DNA of 63,690 bases, the filler included. It is 8 parts of 8 records of this genome, joined end to end, with 100 filler letters (N's around TTAATTAATTAA, not from the genome) between each part and the next. Parts side by side here need not be neighbours in the genome. Positions count along the whole stretch, not along the records: positions 36,938 to 41,960 come from DRR723986_10457; positions 42,061 to 47,915 come from DRR723986_10470; positions 48,016 to 56,602 come from DRR723986_10480; 5 more parts are not named here. One strand, written 5' to 3'. A program made the position numbers and the translations under genes. Under the pieces are notes generated by a model. That model was given only the letters and a program-made list of their open reading frames with translations, searched no databases and was not told the DNA's origin. How positions within the stretch are numbered: position 1 is the first letter of the stretch; each line of letters begins with the position of its first letter. Shown here in pieces: positions 40,893 to 51,364 of this stretch.

Positions 40893-41960
40893 ATGTCCGA
40901 TCTTCTCACCGGAACACAGCCCAGCAAAGACTATGATGCCTCCTCCATTCAGGTGCTTGAGGATATGGAGCACGTGCGCCTGCGCCCCGGCATGTACATC
41001 GGCGGCAAGGATGATCGCGCCTTGCACCACATGGTGGCCGAGATTGTCGATAACTCCATGGATGAGGCGGTCGCGGGCCATGCCACCTGGATCGAGCTGG
41101 AATTGCATGAAAACGGCCATGTCACCGTGCGCGACAATGGCCGCGGCATTCCCACCGACCCGCACCCCAAAGACCCCAGCAAATCGGCGCTTGAGATCAT
41201 TTTCTGCACGCTGAATGCGGGCGGCAAATTTTCCGGCGACAGTTACGAGACATCCGGCGGCTTGCACGGTGTTGGCTCTTCGGTGGTGAACGCCCTGTCG
41301 GATCATCTGCGCGTCGAAGTGGCCCGCAACCGTGAATTGTTCGCGATGGAGTTTTCGCGCGGCATTCCACAAAGCAAGCTGGAGAAAGTGGGCGCCGCCC
41401 CCAACCGGCGCGGCACAGCGGTCACATTTCACCCCGATGCGGAGATCTTTGGCTCTCTCAAACTCAAACCTGCCCGGCTTTTTGCCATGGCGCGGTCCAA
41501 GGCCTATCTGTTTTCGGGGGTCGAAATCCGCTGGAAATGCGGGCAGGACGACGGCACGACCCCGCAGGAGGCCAGCTTTCATTTTCCCGGCGGCCTGTCG
41601 GATTATCTGAACGAAACCTTGGGCGGATCAACCACTTACGCCGATGCGCCCTTTGGCGGCATGGTGGATTTCAAGGAAAAGTTCAACACCCCCGGCAAGG
41701 TCGAATGGGCGATCAATTGGACCCCGTCGCGCGACGGTTTCATCCAGTCTTATTGTAACACTATCCCCACCCCAGAAGGCGGCACCCATGAGGCCGGTTT
41801 CTGGGCTGCGATCCTCAAGGGCATCAAGGCGTACGGTGAATTGGCGGGCAACCGCAAGGCGGGCACGATCACCCGTGAGGATCTGATCACCGGCGGCTGT
41901 GCGCTTGTTTCCTGCTTTATCCGCGAGCCTGAATTTGTCGGCCAGACCAAAGACCGCCTT
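40893..41960 (+). CDS. parE: DNA topoisomerase IV subunit B (3' truncated)
   Basis: YDASSIQVLE, VRLRPGMYIG, EIVDNSMDEAVAGHA, GGLHGVGSSVVNALS, SYCNTIPTPEGGTHE, EPEFVGQTKDRL (ParE-type rather than GyrB-type residues). Confidence 0.92.
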
Positions 41961-42060
41961 NNNNNNNNNNNNNNNNNNNNNNNNNNNNNNNNNNNNNNNN
42001 NNNNTTAATTAATTAANNNNNNNNNNNNNNNNNNNNNNNNNNNNNNNNNNNNNNNNNNNN
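41961..42060. other. Artificial contig spacer
   Basis: 44N-TTAATTAATTAA-44N. Confidence 0.99.
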
Positions 42061-42216
42061 CAATTTCGAGCCGTTGCGCAGGTTGCGCATTTCGACCTGA
42101 GCAAACGCCCCGCCTTTGCCTGGCTTGACGTGATCCACTTTCACGGCGGCCCAAAGTCCGTCGTTATGCTCCAGAATGTTACCGGGGCGGATTTCGTTTC
42201 CGTTGATTTTGGGCAT
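42061..42216 (-). CDS. efp: Elongation factor P, N-terminal fragment
   Basis: [16 protein letters not shown] loop, RNLRNG. Confidence 0.95.
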
Positions 42217-42435
42217 GACATAAATCCTTCACACACGGTTGATGCATTGGTTTGTGCCCCTATATCTGGCGGGAAGGAGGCTGACAAGACAACGATACCT
42301 AGTGCTGCACACGCAGCGAGCCATGCACGTTACGCAACGCAACTATGCATTCCTGGGGTATCCGAATCAAATATGTTCAGTCATAAGGAACGCCACGCCG
42401 AAAATTGCAAGAGCAAGAACAACAAGGAAGACGAG

Positions 42436-42756
42436 ATGAAAGATTTCGTTGACGGCACTGCCTTTAATAACGAGCAAGGCAATCGTGCACGTAAACTGTT
42501 TGCAGCCGTTGTGTTGGCTGCTCTGGACGACGCCATCGCTGACGACAAGAAATATGGCAATGGTCCTGAACAAATCGCACGCTGGGCCCGCTCGCGGGAT
42601 GGCCGCGAAGTCTTGTCCTGTGCGGGCATCGACCCCAACGAACGCGTTGTGTCGGGCCTGATGGATTTTGTTGGCCGTGGGGTCCGTACCTCTGTTGCGC
42701 TGTCGCGCGAAGAAAGCGAACGCCGCAATGCAGCTCAACAGGCCGAAGCAGCCTAA
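42436..42756 (+). CDS. Conserved hypothetical protein (recalled as DUF6280 family)
   Basis: AAGGAAG RBS, 106 aa predicted-helical ORF MKDFVDGTAFNNEQGNRARKLFAAVV..., own terminator; family name is from memory. Confidence 0.8.
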   Translation: MKDFVDGTAFNNEQGNRARKLFAAVVLAALDDAIADDKKYGNGPEQIARWARSRDGREVLSCAGIDPNERVVSGLMDFVGRGVRTSVALSREESERRNAAQQAEAA

Positions 42757-42779
42757 GCACAAGACCAAACTATGAATTG

Positions 42780-42809
42780 AAAAACGCGTTCCTGGGGGGG
42801 CGCGTTTTT
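42780..42809 (+). terminator. Rho-independent terminator
   Basis: AAAAACGCGTTCC...GGGGCGCGTTTTT hairpin after the small conserved gene. Confidence 0.75.
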
Positions 42810-42937
42810 CTGTTTCAGAGGGTCGGATCTGGGCACGCCTGCCGGTACAGCTTTGACTATTTGTTGCAGACCTTATGCGGGGACTTTCCCTTTGGGCGTA
42901 ATTCAGGTCATTTGCGCGGGAACACAGGAGGTGATGC

Positions 42938-44395
42938 ATGGTTCGGGCTATCATGATTCAAGGCACTGGCAGCAATGTCGGGAAATCCATGCTGGTTGCA
43001 GGGATTGCGCGCGCCTTTACCCGTCGTGGGTTGAACGTTGCACCATTCAAACCGCAAAACATGTCCAACAATGCCGCCGTGACCGAAGATGGCGGCGAAA
43101 TTGGGCGGGCGCAGGCCTTGCAAGCCCGCGCGGCCAAACGCGCGCCCCACACGGATATGAACCCGATCTTGCTGAAGCCCGAGACCGACACCGGGGCACA
43201 GGTCATCGTTCAGGGCAAGCGTGCTGGCACGATGAAAGCGGGTGACTATCGTCGCGACAAGTCCAAGCTGCTAGGCGCTGCACTTGAGAGTTTTGACCGC
43301 CTTTGTGCAGATGCGGACCTGATATTGATCGAAGGGGCTGGAAGCCCGGCTGAAACCAACCTGCGCAAAGGTGATATCGCCAACATGGGCTTTGCCTGTG
43401 CGGCAGGTGTTCCGGTCATTCTGGTGGGTGACATTCATCGCGGTGGTGTCATCGCTCAGATCGTCGGCACGCAGGCCGTTTTAGATGAAACGGATTTGAA
43501 GCAAATCAAGGGATTTGCCGTCAACCGGTTCAAAGGCGACATTACCCTATTTGACGAGGGTCGCGACGACATTGCACAGCGAACAGGTTGGCCCAGTTTG
43601 GGCGTTGTGCCTTGGTTCAAGGATGCATGGAAGTTGCCCGCTGAGGACATGATGGATATCGCCTCAACCAAAGGGGGCGCGTGCAAAGTCGTTGTTCCCC
43701 AGCTTGAGCGTATGGCCAATTTTGACGACCTAGACCCGCTGGCAGCGGAACCCAATGTGACAGTCGAAATAATCCCCGCCGGGCGCCCCCTGCCCGGTGA
43801 CGCCGATCTGGTTTTGCTGCCCGGCAGCAAGTCAACCATTGGCGATCTGGCGTATTTCCGGGCGCAAGGGTGGGATGTTGACCTGCAGGCGCATGTGCGA
43901 CGCGGCGGACATGTGATGGGACTGTGCGGTGGCTATCAAATGCTGGGTAACAGCATCGATGATCCTCTTGGGGTCGACGGTACACCTGGCAAGGTGCCGG
44001 GCCTTGGTTTGCTGAACATCGACACCGTTATGGCGGGTGAAAAACAGGTCATCCTGCGCAAAGCTACCGCCCTGCCCGGCGGCGAGTCAGTGACCGGGTA
44101 TGAAATCCACATGGGCCGCAGCGAAGGCCCCGATTGTGATCGCGCGTGGCTTTCGGTTGAGGGGCGGCTTGAGGGCGCGGCCTCAGCCAATGGGCAAATT
44201 CGCGGCACCTATCTGCATGGGGTTTTCTCTTCGGATACCTTCCGCGCAGCCTATCTGGCTGAGCTAGGGCATCAATCGGATCTGTCTTACGAAGATGAAG
44301 TCGAAGAGGTTCTAGACACCCTCGCCGACCATCTGGAAACGCATATGGATCTTGACCACCTGTTGGCGCTCGCGACCGAACCACGCAGAAACTAA
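42938..44395 (+). CDS. cobQ: Cobyric acid synthase
   Basis: [66 protein letters not shown]. Confidence 0.98.
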   Translation: MVRAIMIQGTGSNVGKSMLVAGIARAFTRRGLNVAPFKPQNMSNNAAVTEDGGEIGRAQALQARAAKRAPHTDMNPILLKPETDTGAQVIVQGKRAGTMKAGDYRRDKSKLLGAALESFDRLCADADLILIEGAGSPAETNLRKGDIANMGFACAAGVPVILVGDIHRGGVIAQIVGTQAVLDETDLKQIKGFAVNRFKGDITLFDEGRDDIAQRTGWPSLGVVPWFKDAWKLPAEDMMDIASTKGGACKVVVPQLERMANFDDLDPLAAEPNVTVEIIPAGRPLPGDADLVLLPGSKSTIGDLAYFRAQGWDVDLQAHVRRGGHVMGLCGGYQMLGNSIDDPLGVDGTPGKVPGLGLLNIDTVMAGEKQVILRKATALPGGESVTGYEIHMGRSEGPDCDRAWLSVEGRLEGAASANGQIRGTYLHGVFSSDTFRAAYLAELGHQSDLSYEDEVEEVLDTLADHLETHMDLDHLLALATEPRRN

Positions 44396-44398
44396 GGG

Positions 44399-45430
44399 TT
44401 ATTCCAACTCTTGCGCGGTCAAGGCGCGGTGGATTTCGCGGCGCACAAGCTTGCGCACGTTTCGCGTGATCCGCTCACCCAATGCACCCTGCAATTCCTG
44501 ACGCACAATATCGGCAACCAGTTCGCGCAGGCTTTCTTCGTCCAGAATTGTATCATCGCCCATCAAGATATCGCGCTCGCCACTTGCCAGCGTTTCGTCC
44601 TGTGGTTCGACTTGTGAGTCATCCGGTTGAAAAGAGACGTCTTCACGTAGCGGCTCCACCTCTGGCAAAGGTGCAACGTCTGGCATTTCGATACCCGCCA
44701 CTTCTCGATCAGAAATACCGTCCTCAGTCTCTGCGCCTTCGGCGTCCTCAGGCACCTCAGAAATTGGCTGGTGATCTTGCCAAGCAATCGTCTCGATACG
44801 CGTCCCCGAGTAATCCTCGTCGCTTTCGCCGTCAGGTTCCCACTGATCAGGCGTGCGTCCGATCGCGGCTTCTAAGGCTTGGATCTTTGCGCTCAAGCTA
44901 TCGATTGGATCCGTTACATTCAGCTCAGGCTCTGAAACAACGCTCGCTGAATCTTCCTCTTCAGAAGAGGTATCTTCGAGTTCGGAAAGTTCTAAATCGC
45001 CCGATGCCAGCCCATCTTCAACTCGCTCACCTTCCGCCCAATCAACATCTGGTACAGACAGCGGCTCGCCCTCTATCGGGAGTTCGTCAAAATGATCCTC
45101 AGCGGTGTAGCCGTCATCATAAGGGTCTGCGCTGGCGGCTTGCGCGGCCTCATACAGCGTTGCCTCTGGGACGGTCCAAGGCTCGTCCCCCAGATCAACC
45201 GCGTCGGCGGAAGGAGACGGCGTATCCTCTTCGACCAGATCAATCGTTTCAGCGTCATCTTCGTCTAATGATTCTGCGACACGCAGGGCTGGTGTTAAGA
45301 CCAATCGATCCGTTGACCGCGCTGGTTTCACCACCTCTGCACGCGCCTCTGACCGGCCCTCTTCGCTGACCAGACGACGGATCGAGGACAAGACATCCTC
45401 GATCTCAAGATTGGTTACAGGATCAGACAT
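44399..45430 (-). CDS. Acidic, largely disordered protein; putative divergent PopZ-like polar scaffold
   Basis: N-terminal IEDVLSSIRRLVSEE helix, long D/E/P-rich linker, C-terminal amphipathic helices ending VRKLVRREIHRAL; downstream of pcm-tolC. Confidence 0.7.
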   Translation of the reverse strand: MSDPVTNLEIEDVLSSIRRLVSEEGRSEARAEVVKPARSTDRLVLTPALRVAESLDEDDAETIDLVEEDTPSPSADAVDLGDEPWTVPEATLYEAAQAASADPYDDGYTAEDHFDELPIEGEPLSVPDVDWAEGERVEDGLASGDLELSELEDTSSEEEDSASVVSEPELNVTDPIDSLSAKIQALEAAIGRTPDQWEPDGESDEDYSGTRIETIAWQDHQPISEVPEDAEGAETEDGISDREVAGIEMPDVAPLPEVEPLREDVSFQPDDSQVEPQDETLASGERDILMGDDTILDEESLRELVADIVRQELQGALGERITRNVRKLVRREIHRALTAQELE

Positions 45431-45506
45431 TCGAATTCACCACACTTAGCCTCAGGGGTTAAGTGTAACGAACGTCAGGGATTCTCACAACAGATAGCGA
45501 GAATTC

Positions 45507-46925
45507 TCATTTCTTACCTAGGGCTTCTAGGACACGGTCCAGGTCTTTGCTCTGCTTGGACAGCTTGGCCGGCGCGCCTTTGACCAGATTATAATAGAGC
45601 GTCGGATCATAAATCTGAACAGCGAGGCCCAACCGCTCAGCAGTCAATAGCCCCTGCGAGGACAACAACTGATAGGCCGCAAGAGAGCGTTCCGCACGCG
45701 CACTGATCTGTGAGGTTTGGGCATCCAGCAATTCTTGCTCAGCGGTCAAAACGTCCAACGTGGTACGCGCGCCCAAGGTGGCCTCTTCGCGGATGCCGTC
45801 GAATGCAACCTGCGCCGCCCGTACTCGTTCGTTCGAAGCCGTCAAGCTTGCACCAGCCGTTTCGAACCGAACGTAAGCTTCGTTGATCGCTTGAATCACG
45901 TCCTTGTTGACATTCAACAAGTTGGCTTTGATTGAATCACGCGTTGCCATGCTGCGCCGGATCGTGGCTGAAAGGCGACCACCGGCATAGACGGGCTGAG
46001 TGAACAGAACACCCGCGCTGGCCGTATCGTTGGAATTCGAATTGCCATAGGTATTGGTCAGGCCAATATCAGCTCGCAACGTGACGTTGGGGCCCAGCGA
46101 TTTACGCGTCCGTTCGACTGTCAGATCAGCCGCTTTGACCTGATGCTGTGCCGCCAAAACACTTGGATGATTGCGCACACCCAATGCGACTGCGGCATCG
46201 ATTGATGCAGGACGCTTAGGCAACCTTGGCTGCCCCGCGATTTTACCCGGCTCATTCCCAACGGCATTCACATACACAGCACGCGCCGTAATCAACGCTC
46301 CTCGTGCATCTGCCAAGTTTGCGCGAGCAGCGGCCAGTCGAGATTCAGACAACGCCACATCGGTTCGCGTCACTTCGCCAACTTCAAAACGGTCTTGAGA
46401 CGCCCGGAGTTCCTCTCCCAGAACACGCACATTATTCTGGCGCAGCACCACATTTTCTTCCTGAAGCAGCACATTCATATAGGCGGAAACCGCTGTGAAC
46501 AGGACCACCTGTTCAACCTGCAACAGGCTTTGCCGCGTCGCCAGAACCGTTTCCTGGGCGGCGTGTTTGGCCAACTGGCTTGCGCCACCATCATAGAGTA
46601 GCTGCTGCAATGTAAGGCCGGTAAAAAACGTCGAGGTCTGACTGTCTGTGACCAATCCACCGGTTCGATTTTCGACAAAGTTCCGCTGCACCCGAGCGGT
46701 CCAATCGATAATCGGCCTGAGGGCAGCAACCGAAATGGCCACGTCTTCATCCGCGGCCCGCAAAAGGGCTCTATTTTGCTCCAACAACCCGCTGGTATTG
46801 TAGGCGCCGATCAAAGCGTCTGCCAGATTATCGGCCGCGGCCACCCGTGGCATCATGCCAAAAACCGCAATTCCCATCGCGGCTAGAATCGTCTTGGAAA
46901 ATCTATTCTTAACTGCTCTGCGCAT
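45507..46925 (-). CDS. tolC: TolC family outer membrane protein
   Basis: Signal peptide, LQQLLYDGG, AVSAYMNV, RFEVGEVTRTDV, EATLGARTTLDVL.AEQEL. Confidence 0.93.
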   Translation of the reverse strand: MRRAVKNRFSKTILAAMGIAVFGMMPRVAAADNLADALIGAYNTSGLLEQNRALLRAADEDVAISVAALRPIIDWTARVQRNFVENRTGGLVTDSQTSTFFTGLTLQQLLYDGGASQLAKHAAQETVLATRQSLLQVEQVVLFTAVSAYMNVLLQEENVVLRQNNVRVLGEELRASQDRFEVGEVTRTDVALSESRLAAARANLADARGALITARAVYVNAVGNEPGKIAGQPRLPKRPASIDAAVALGVRNHPSVLAAQHQVKAADLTVERTRKSLGPNVTLRADIGLTNTYGNSNSNDTASAGVLFTQPVYAGGRLSATIRRSMATRDSIKANLLNVNKDVIQAINEAYVRFETAGASLTASNERVRAAQVAFDGIREEATLGARTTLDVLTAEQELLDAQTSQISARAERSLAAYQLLSSQGLLTAERLGLAVQIYDPTLYYNLVKGAPAKLSKQSKDLDRVLEALGKK

Positions 46926-47033
46926 TGCGTGTCTCACAATCTTAATGTGTGTTCCCGGTCAAAATGCGCCTTTGCAACAGATAAGGCAAGGACGCCGCGC
47001 CCTTTTTATAAACTCTAGTTAGCAGTGTTACCG

Positions 47034-47687
47034 CTACAGTGAGAATAGAGGCTGCTTGGCGAATCCCGGCAAAACTGGCGCGCCCGCATTGAACTCATAT
47101 CGCCAGGACATTCGACCAGCCGACTTGTAGCCGATCCGCACAGTCCCAAGGTCCTTATCCATGAAAATGCAAGCGATACGCCCCCCATCCTTGAGTTGTT
47201 CAAGCACAGCCTCGGGAACGTCTTCGACACCGCCTTGAACCAAGATCACATCATACGGGCCATGCTCTGCGGCCCCCTCAGCCAGGGCCCCCTTGTGGAC
47301 AACCGCATTGTCGACACCAGTATCCATCAAAAGCGCCTGAGCCTCGTCAGCCATCGCCTCGTCTTCTTCGACCGCGACAACGAGCTCTGCCATCCGCGCA
47401 GCCACAGCGCTCGAATATCCGTAGGTCACACCAATATCGAGAACCAGCTCAGTGTTGGAGATATTTAGCGCGTCAAACATCTTAGCCAGGGTCCGGGGCT
47501 CCAAAAGGCACCGCCCCTGCCCCAAATCCATCAAATCCCCGACATAAGCGGCTTCGCGCATCGAATCCGGGACAAACTTCTCCCGCTCGATCGCGAGCAT
47601 CGCTTCTATGATTGGAAATTTCGTCACATCAGAAGGTCTGATTTGTGTATCCACCATCAGTCGACGCCGGGTCGCGAAATCTTTCAT
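47034..47687 (-). CDS. pcm: Protein-L-isoaspartate O-methyltransferase family protein
   Basis: MVDTQIRPSDV, REKFVP....AY, VLDIG..YGYSSA, GPYDVI, QLKDGGR. Confidence 0.9.
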   Translation of the reverse strand: MKDFATRRRLMVDTQIRPSDVTKFPIIEAMLAIEREKFVPDSMREAAYVGDLMDLGQGRCLLEPRTLAKMFDALNISNTELVLDIGVTYGYSSAVAARMAELVVAVEEDEAMADEAQALLMDTGVDNAVVHKGALAEGAAEHGPYDVILVQGGVEDVPEAVLEQLKDGGRIACIFMDKDLGTVRIGYKSAGRMSWRYEFNAGAPVLPGFAKQPLFSL

Positions 47688-47886
47688 AGCAAAACTCATC
47701 TATCAGTCGGTTACCGCACTTTTGCCACATCCCTGCGCAACCAGCAACGTCCCAACACGCGATTTCACGCCGCAGGTCGCGGACATTCATTTTCCCCCAT
47801 TAAATTCGAAACTGCATCTAGACGCCCCGAGCGAATACTGCTAAAACCCGCGCACACCACAGCAAGTGTTTGAAATTGCTGAAGAA

Positions 47887-47915
47887 GGCGAGTTGGCGGA
47901 GTGGTGACGCAGCGG
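47887..47915 (+). tRNA. tRNA 5' fragment, probably tRNA-Cys (truncated by contig end)
   Basis: GGCGAGTTGGCGGAGTGGTGACGCAGCGG gives the acceptor strand, a short D-arm and the start of the anticodon stem; the anticodon is not sequenced. Confidence 0.72.
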
Positions 47916-48015
47916 NNNNNNNNNNNNNNNNNNNNNNNNNNNNNNNNNNNNNNNNNNNNTTAATTAATTAANNNNNNNNNNNNNNNNNNNNNNNNNNNNN
48001 NNNNNNNNNNNNNNN
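47916..48015. other. Artificial contig spacer
   Basis: 44N-TTAATTAATTAA-44N. Confidence 0.99.
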
Positions 48016-48658
48016 CAAAGCCCTGATAGGCAATGTCGATCATCGCCACGAGGTTCTTTTCGTTGATCAGATCAATCACCATCTGCCACTGAACGAGGTT
48101 CAGGTTGGCGCCGGTTGGGTTGTGACAGCAGCCGTGCAACAGCACCACGTCGCCTGCGTTGGCTTGGCCAAGATCCGCGATCATGCCGTCAAAATCAACG
48201 CCACGGGTTTCGCTGTCGAAATAGCGATAGGGGGCCACTTCGATGCCCAGATAGTTCAGGATCGAAATGTGGTTGGGCCATGTGGGGTTGGACACGAACA
48301 CGCGCGCCTCGGGGCTGGCCATCTGGATCAGTTCAAACGCCTGACGGCAGGCACCGGTGCCACCGGGGGTCGCGGCCGCGCCAACGTTTTCACGCGCGAC
48401 GGCATCGCCAAGGATCAGTTTGATCATCGCGTCCGAATAGGCCGGATCGCCGGTCAGGCTGACGTAGGCTTTGGATTCCTGTTCTTCCCACACGATCTTT
48501 TCTGCGGCTTTGACAGCGCGCATCACGGGCGTCACGCCATCGGCGTTTTTGTAAACGCCCACACCCAGATCGATTTTCGTGTCGCGCGGGTCTTCGCGAT
48601 ACGCTTGCACAAGAGCCAGAATCTTATCTGCTGGCTGCGCCTTGAGGTTCTCGAACAT
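48016..48658 (-). CDS. tyrB: Aromatic amino acid/aspartate aminotransferase (3' truncated)
   Basis: KIDLGVGVYK, TPGGTGA, SNPTWPNH, LLHGCCHNPTG, DIAYQGF; ATG overlaps the sseA stop (TGATG). Confidence 0.9.
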
Positions 48659-49512
48659 CAGTTCTCTCCAGTTGCGACGGGCAGGGTTGGGAATGCACCC
48701 CATTCAGCCCAGGAGCCGTCATAAAGCGAGTAGTCGGATTTGCCCAAACGATGCAGGGCAAGGGATAGGATCGCGGCGGTCACGCCGGACCCGCAGGAGG
48801 TGATCGCGGGCTTTTTCAGATCGACACCGGCAGCTTCAAAGATCGCGCGGGTATCATCGACCGATTTCATCGTGCCGTTCTTGTTGAGCAGATCGCCAAA
48901 GGGGACATTCTTTGATCCCGGAATGTGGCCCGAGCGCAGCCCCGCGCGGGGTTCAGCGGCTTTGCCCTGAAACCGGTCAGCAGCGCGGGCGTCGATGATT
49001 TCGTGATCGCCAAGTTTGGCGGCGGCTGAGACCTGTGTCACATCGCGCACCAGATGGTTTTGCACCCGCACGGTCATGTGACGGTCCCGAATCACGGGGG
49101 GCAGATCTTCGATTTCGCGCCCTTCGGCCTGCCATTTGGGCAAGCCACCGTCCAAGACGGCGATGTTTTCTTGGCCCATCAGTTTGAACAGCCACCAGAC
49201 GCGCGCGGCTGACATCAGCCCAGCGCCGTCATAGACAACAACCTGATGCCCGTCGCCGACGCCCATGGCGCGCATACGGGACATGAATTTCTCAACCGGG
49301 GGCACCATATGCGGCAAATCAGAGCGATGATCGCTGATGTCGTCGATGTCAAAGAAGCGCGCGCCGGGAATGTGCGCGGCGTCATATTCCGCCTTTGCAG
49401 TCCGGTTCTGTGCCGGCAAATACCACGACCCATCCAAAATCCGCAGATCCGGATCCTTGAAATGAGCGGCCAGCCAGTCGGTGGACACAAGAGTTTTCGG
49501 ATCGTCCAGCAT
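48658..49512 (-). CDS. sseA: 3-mercaptopyruvate sulfurtransferase
   Basis: Tandem rhodanese: HIPGARFFD, ARVWW, LDGGL, IDAR...RF, GHIPGS, CGSGVTA active site, YDGSWAEW. Confidence 0.96.
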   Translation of the reverse strand: MLDDPKTLVSTDWLAAHFKDPDLRILDGSWYLPAQNRTAKAEYDAAHIPGARFFDIDDISDHRSDLPHMVPPVEKFMSRMRAMGVGDGHQVVVYDGAGLMSAARVWWLFKLMGQENIAVLDGGLPKWQAEGREIEDLPPVIRDRHMTVRVQNHLVRDVTQVSAAAKLGDHEIIDARAADRFQGKAAEPRAGLRSGHIPGSKNVPFGDLLNKNGTMKSVDDTRAIFEAAGVDLKKPAITSCGSGVTAAILSLALHRLGKSDYSLYDGSWAEWGAFPTLPVATGEN

Positions 49513-49658
49513 GAGAGCCTCCCCTATCGCACACTTTGTCCCTACAACTGCGCAGGTGCAGGTTCAAGATTAGATGCCTATGAAGAGCAGGTATTCAAAA
49601 AATCAAAGCCCTTTGTCCAAATTATCTGTCTCTATGTGACGAAATGTACCCAGAGACA

Positions 49659-50450
49659 TCACATATGACGAGGAATGACGCCTTTGGCCTGCAGCGCATT
49701 CAACACGTCCAGAATCGTTGCAGCCGACACATCGACCGAGCCTTGCAATTGCACTCCAACGCCGCCATCCCCGATTTCCCGCGTGCCGCCGGTGAAATTC
49801 TGCGGCGTGAGCGAGGCCAATTCCGACGGCAGGGTCAGACAAATGGGGTGCTGTTCGAGAAAGGCATCGCTGGTTTCAACGAATTTATCCTGGGCCTTGG
49901 TCATGAAGTCGCGTTGATCGGCGACGCCATCCGCCGGATCCTTGAGGGCCAGAGCCAAGTCTTCGACACCGAAATACAGGCACTGCCCCCGCACATTCAC
50001 CGAGGCCGCCGCCGTCAGGCTGATGACTTCGGAAAACAGCTGTTCGCCACGATCAATGGGGCGCAGTTTGTCCCGATCACAGGCGTAGAATTCCGCATGG
50101 AACTGCCCCTCGACCGAGAGGCTGTCGCCCTTGGCCGAGATCAGAATTTTGGGGTTAGACAGGCTGAGATTACAGCTGTCGACAAACGGCTCTTGCGGAA
50201 AGGCGCTGCGCGCGCCTTGTTGCAGCTGCCGCAGGTCCAGCATCACATCAAAGCCTAACCGGGATGGGGTTTGATCGGACAGGTCCAGATCAACGGTATA
50301 GGGCAGTTCGGTGTCCTGCACCTGAACCGTTTCCGTCAGGCGATAGCTGACCTGATCCGCCTGTGCCGCCGGTGCCCACAGGGCGGTTGCCATAAAGCCG
50401 CAAATCACGGTCCGTCCCACACCGCGGGACCACATCTTAGCAAACATCAT
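49659..50450 (-). CDS. Hypothetical exported protein (paralog A)
   Basis: Signal peptide ending AAQA, four Cys in the mature part, colinear similarity to 50447-51283; ATGA overlap; GGAGG RBS. Confidence 0.8.
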   Translation of the reverse strand: MMFAKMWSRGVGRTVICGFMATALWAPAAQADQVSYRLTETVQVQDTELPYTVDLDLSDQTPSRLGFDVMLDLRQLQQGARSAFPQEPFVDSCNLSLSNPKILISAKGDSLSVEGQFHAEFYACDRDKLRPIDRGEQLFSEVISLTAAASVNVRGQCLYFGVEDLALALKDPADGVADQRDFMTKAQDKFVETSDAFLEQHPICLTLPSELASLTPQNFTGGTREIGDGGVGVQLQGSVDVSAATILDVLNALQAKGVIPRHM

Positions 50451-51283
50451 TGCGTCCCCTCCTGCTTTTTGGCCTGCGCCAGCAACAACAGATCCACCAA
50501 TGTGGTGGCGCTGACATCGAGCGATCCGTTCAGGTAGGCCCCGATGCCGCCCTTGCCGATCTCATGCGTGCCGCCGGATCGAAAATCAGGCTCTAACATC
50601 GCCAGTTCCGGGGGCAATTCAGGGCAGATTGGATGTTTGGCCAGCACCTCGGCGCTTTTCTCTAGGATCAACGTCTGCGCCTTTTCGGTCAGGTTCAACA
50701 CATCCGCGACGCCGCCAAGAAACCCGGCCGGGTCCAGCGTCACGTCGACCAGTTTCAACACAAGGCACTGACCTTGAATTTCGGCGCTGGCCTTGGCTCG
50801 GAAATTGACGTTTTGCCCCAACAGCAACGCGCCCCGGTAATGGGTTTCGGGGTCATCATCATCGCACAAGAAGAATTTGGCCTGAAACTGTCCGCTGACT
50901 GCGATGGCTTTGCCTTCGGCGTGGGCCTCGGCGATGGCGAGCGCATATTTCGCCTTGCAGGTTTCTTGCAGAACGCCGGAAAACAACCCCGGTGCGTTGG
51001 CCTGCACGTGGCGCATATCCAACACAGCCGCGATGCCCATCCGGGTCTGGCCCGCCTCGCGCAGGCGGATGTTCAGTGCATAGGGAATCTGTGCGCCCCT
51101 GGCGGCCACAGTGCGCGAGATTGAGAGTTTGAAGTCGTCGGCCAAGATTGGCCCACCCGCAAGACAGAGGGCAGCGAGCATCAACAGGCCCAGCGTTTTG
51201 AAAAGAACACGTTGAAATTGGTCAGCGGCCCGTCCGACAAAAACGTTTCGGCCGATTGAAATGTCAGGCAAAATCGCCCCCAC
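50447..51283 (-). CDS. Hypothetical exported protein (paralog B); start codon uncertain
   Basis: Hydrophobic signal-like segment ending PILA; shares PY, LDxR, GQF.A.F..CD, GQCL, HPIC..LP.ELA.L, GGT.EIG.GG.G..L.GS.DVSA.T with paralog A. Confidence 0.8.
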   Translation of the reverse strand: MGAILPDISIGRNVFVGRAADQFQRVLFKTLGLLMLAALCLAGGPILADDFKLSISRTVAARGAQIPYALNIRLREAGQTRMGIAAVLDMRHVQANAPGLFSGVLQETCKAKYALAIAEAHAEGKAIAVSGQFQAKFFLCDDDDPETHYRGALLLGQNVNFRAKASAEIQGQCLVLKLVDVTLDPAGFLGGVADVLNLTEKAQTLILEKSAEVLAKHPICPELPPELAMLEPDFRSGGTHEIGKGGIGAYLNGSLDVSATTLVDLLLLAQAKKQEGTQ

Positions 51284-51364
51284 AGAAAAGAAATCTATCT
51301 TAGCCTAGCAGCCCTGCGTTGTATCCGTCATCCACTAAATCCCACGTAACGTGACCGCTGCCCG

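Noticed and set aside
40441-41960. Idea that the Fic-fold toxin AMPylates the neighbouring ParE, as FicT toxins do
   Set aside because: The loop is the Doc kinase type (HxFxDANKR), not the AMPylating HPFxxGNGR type, so EF-Tu is the more likely target.
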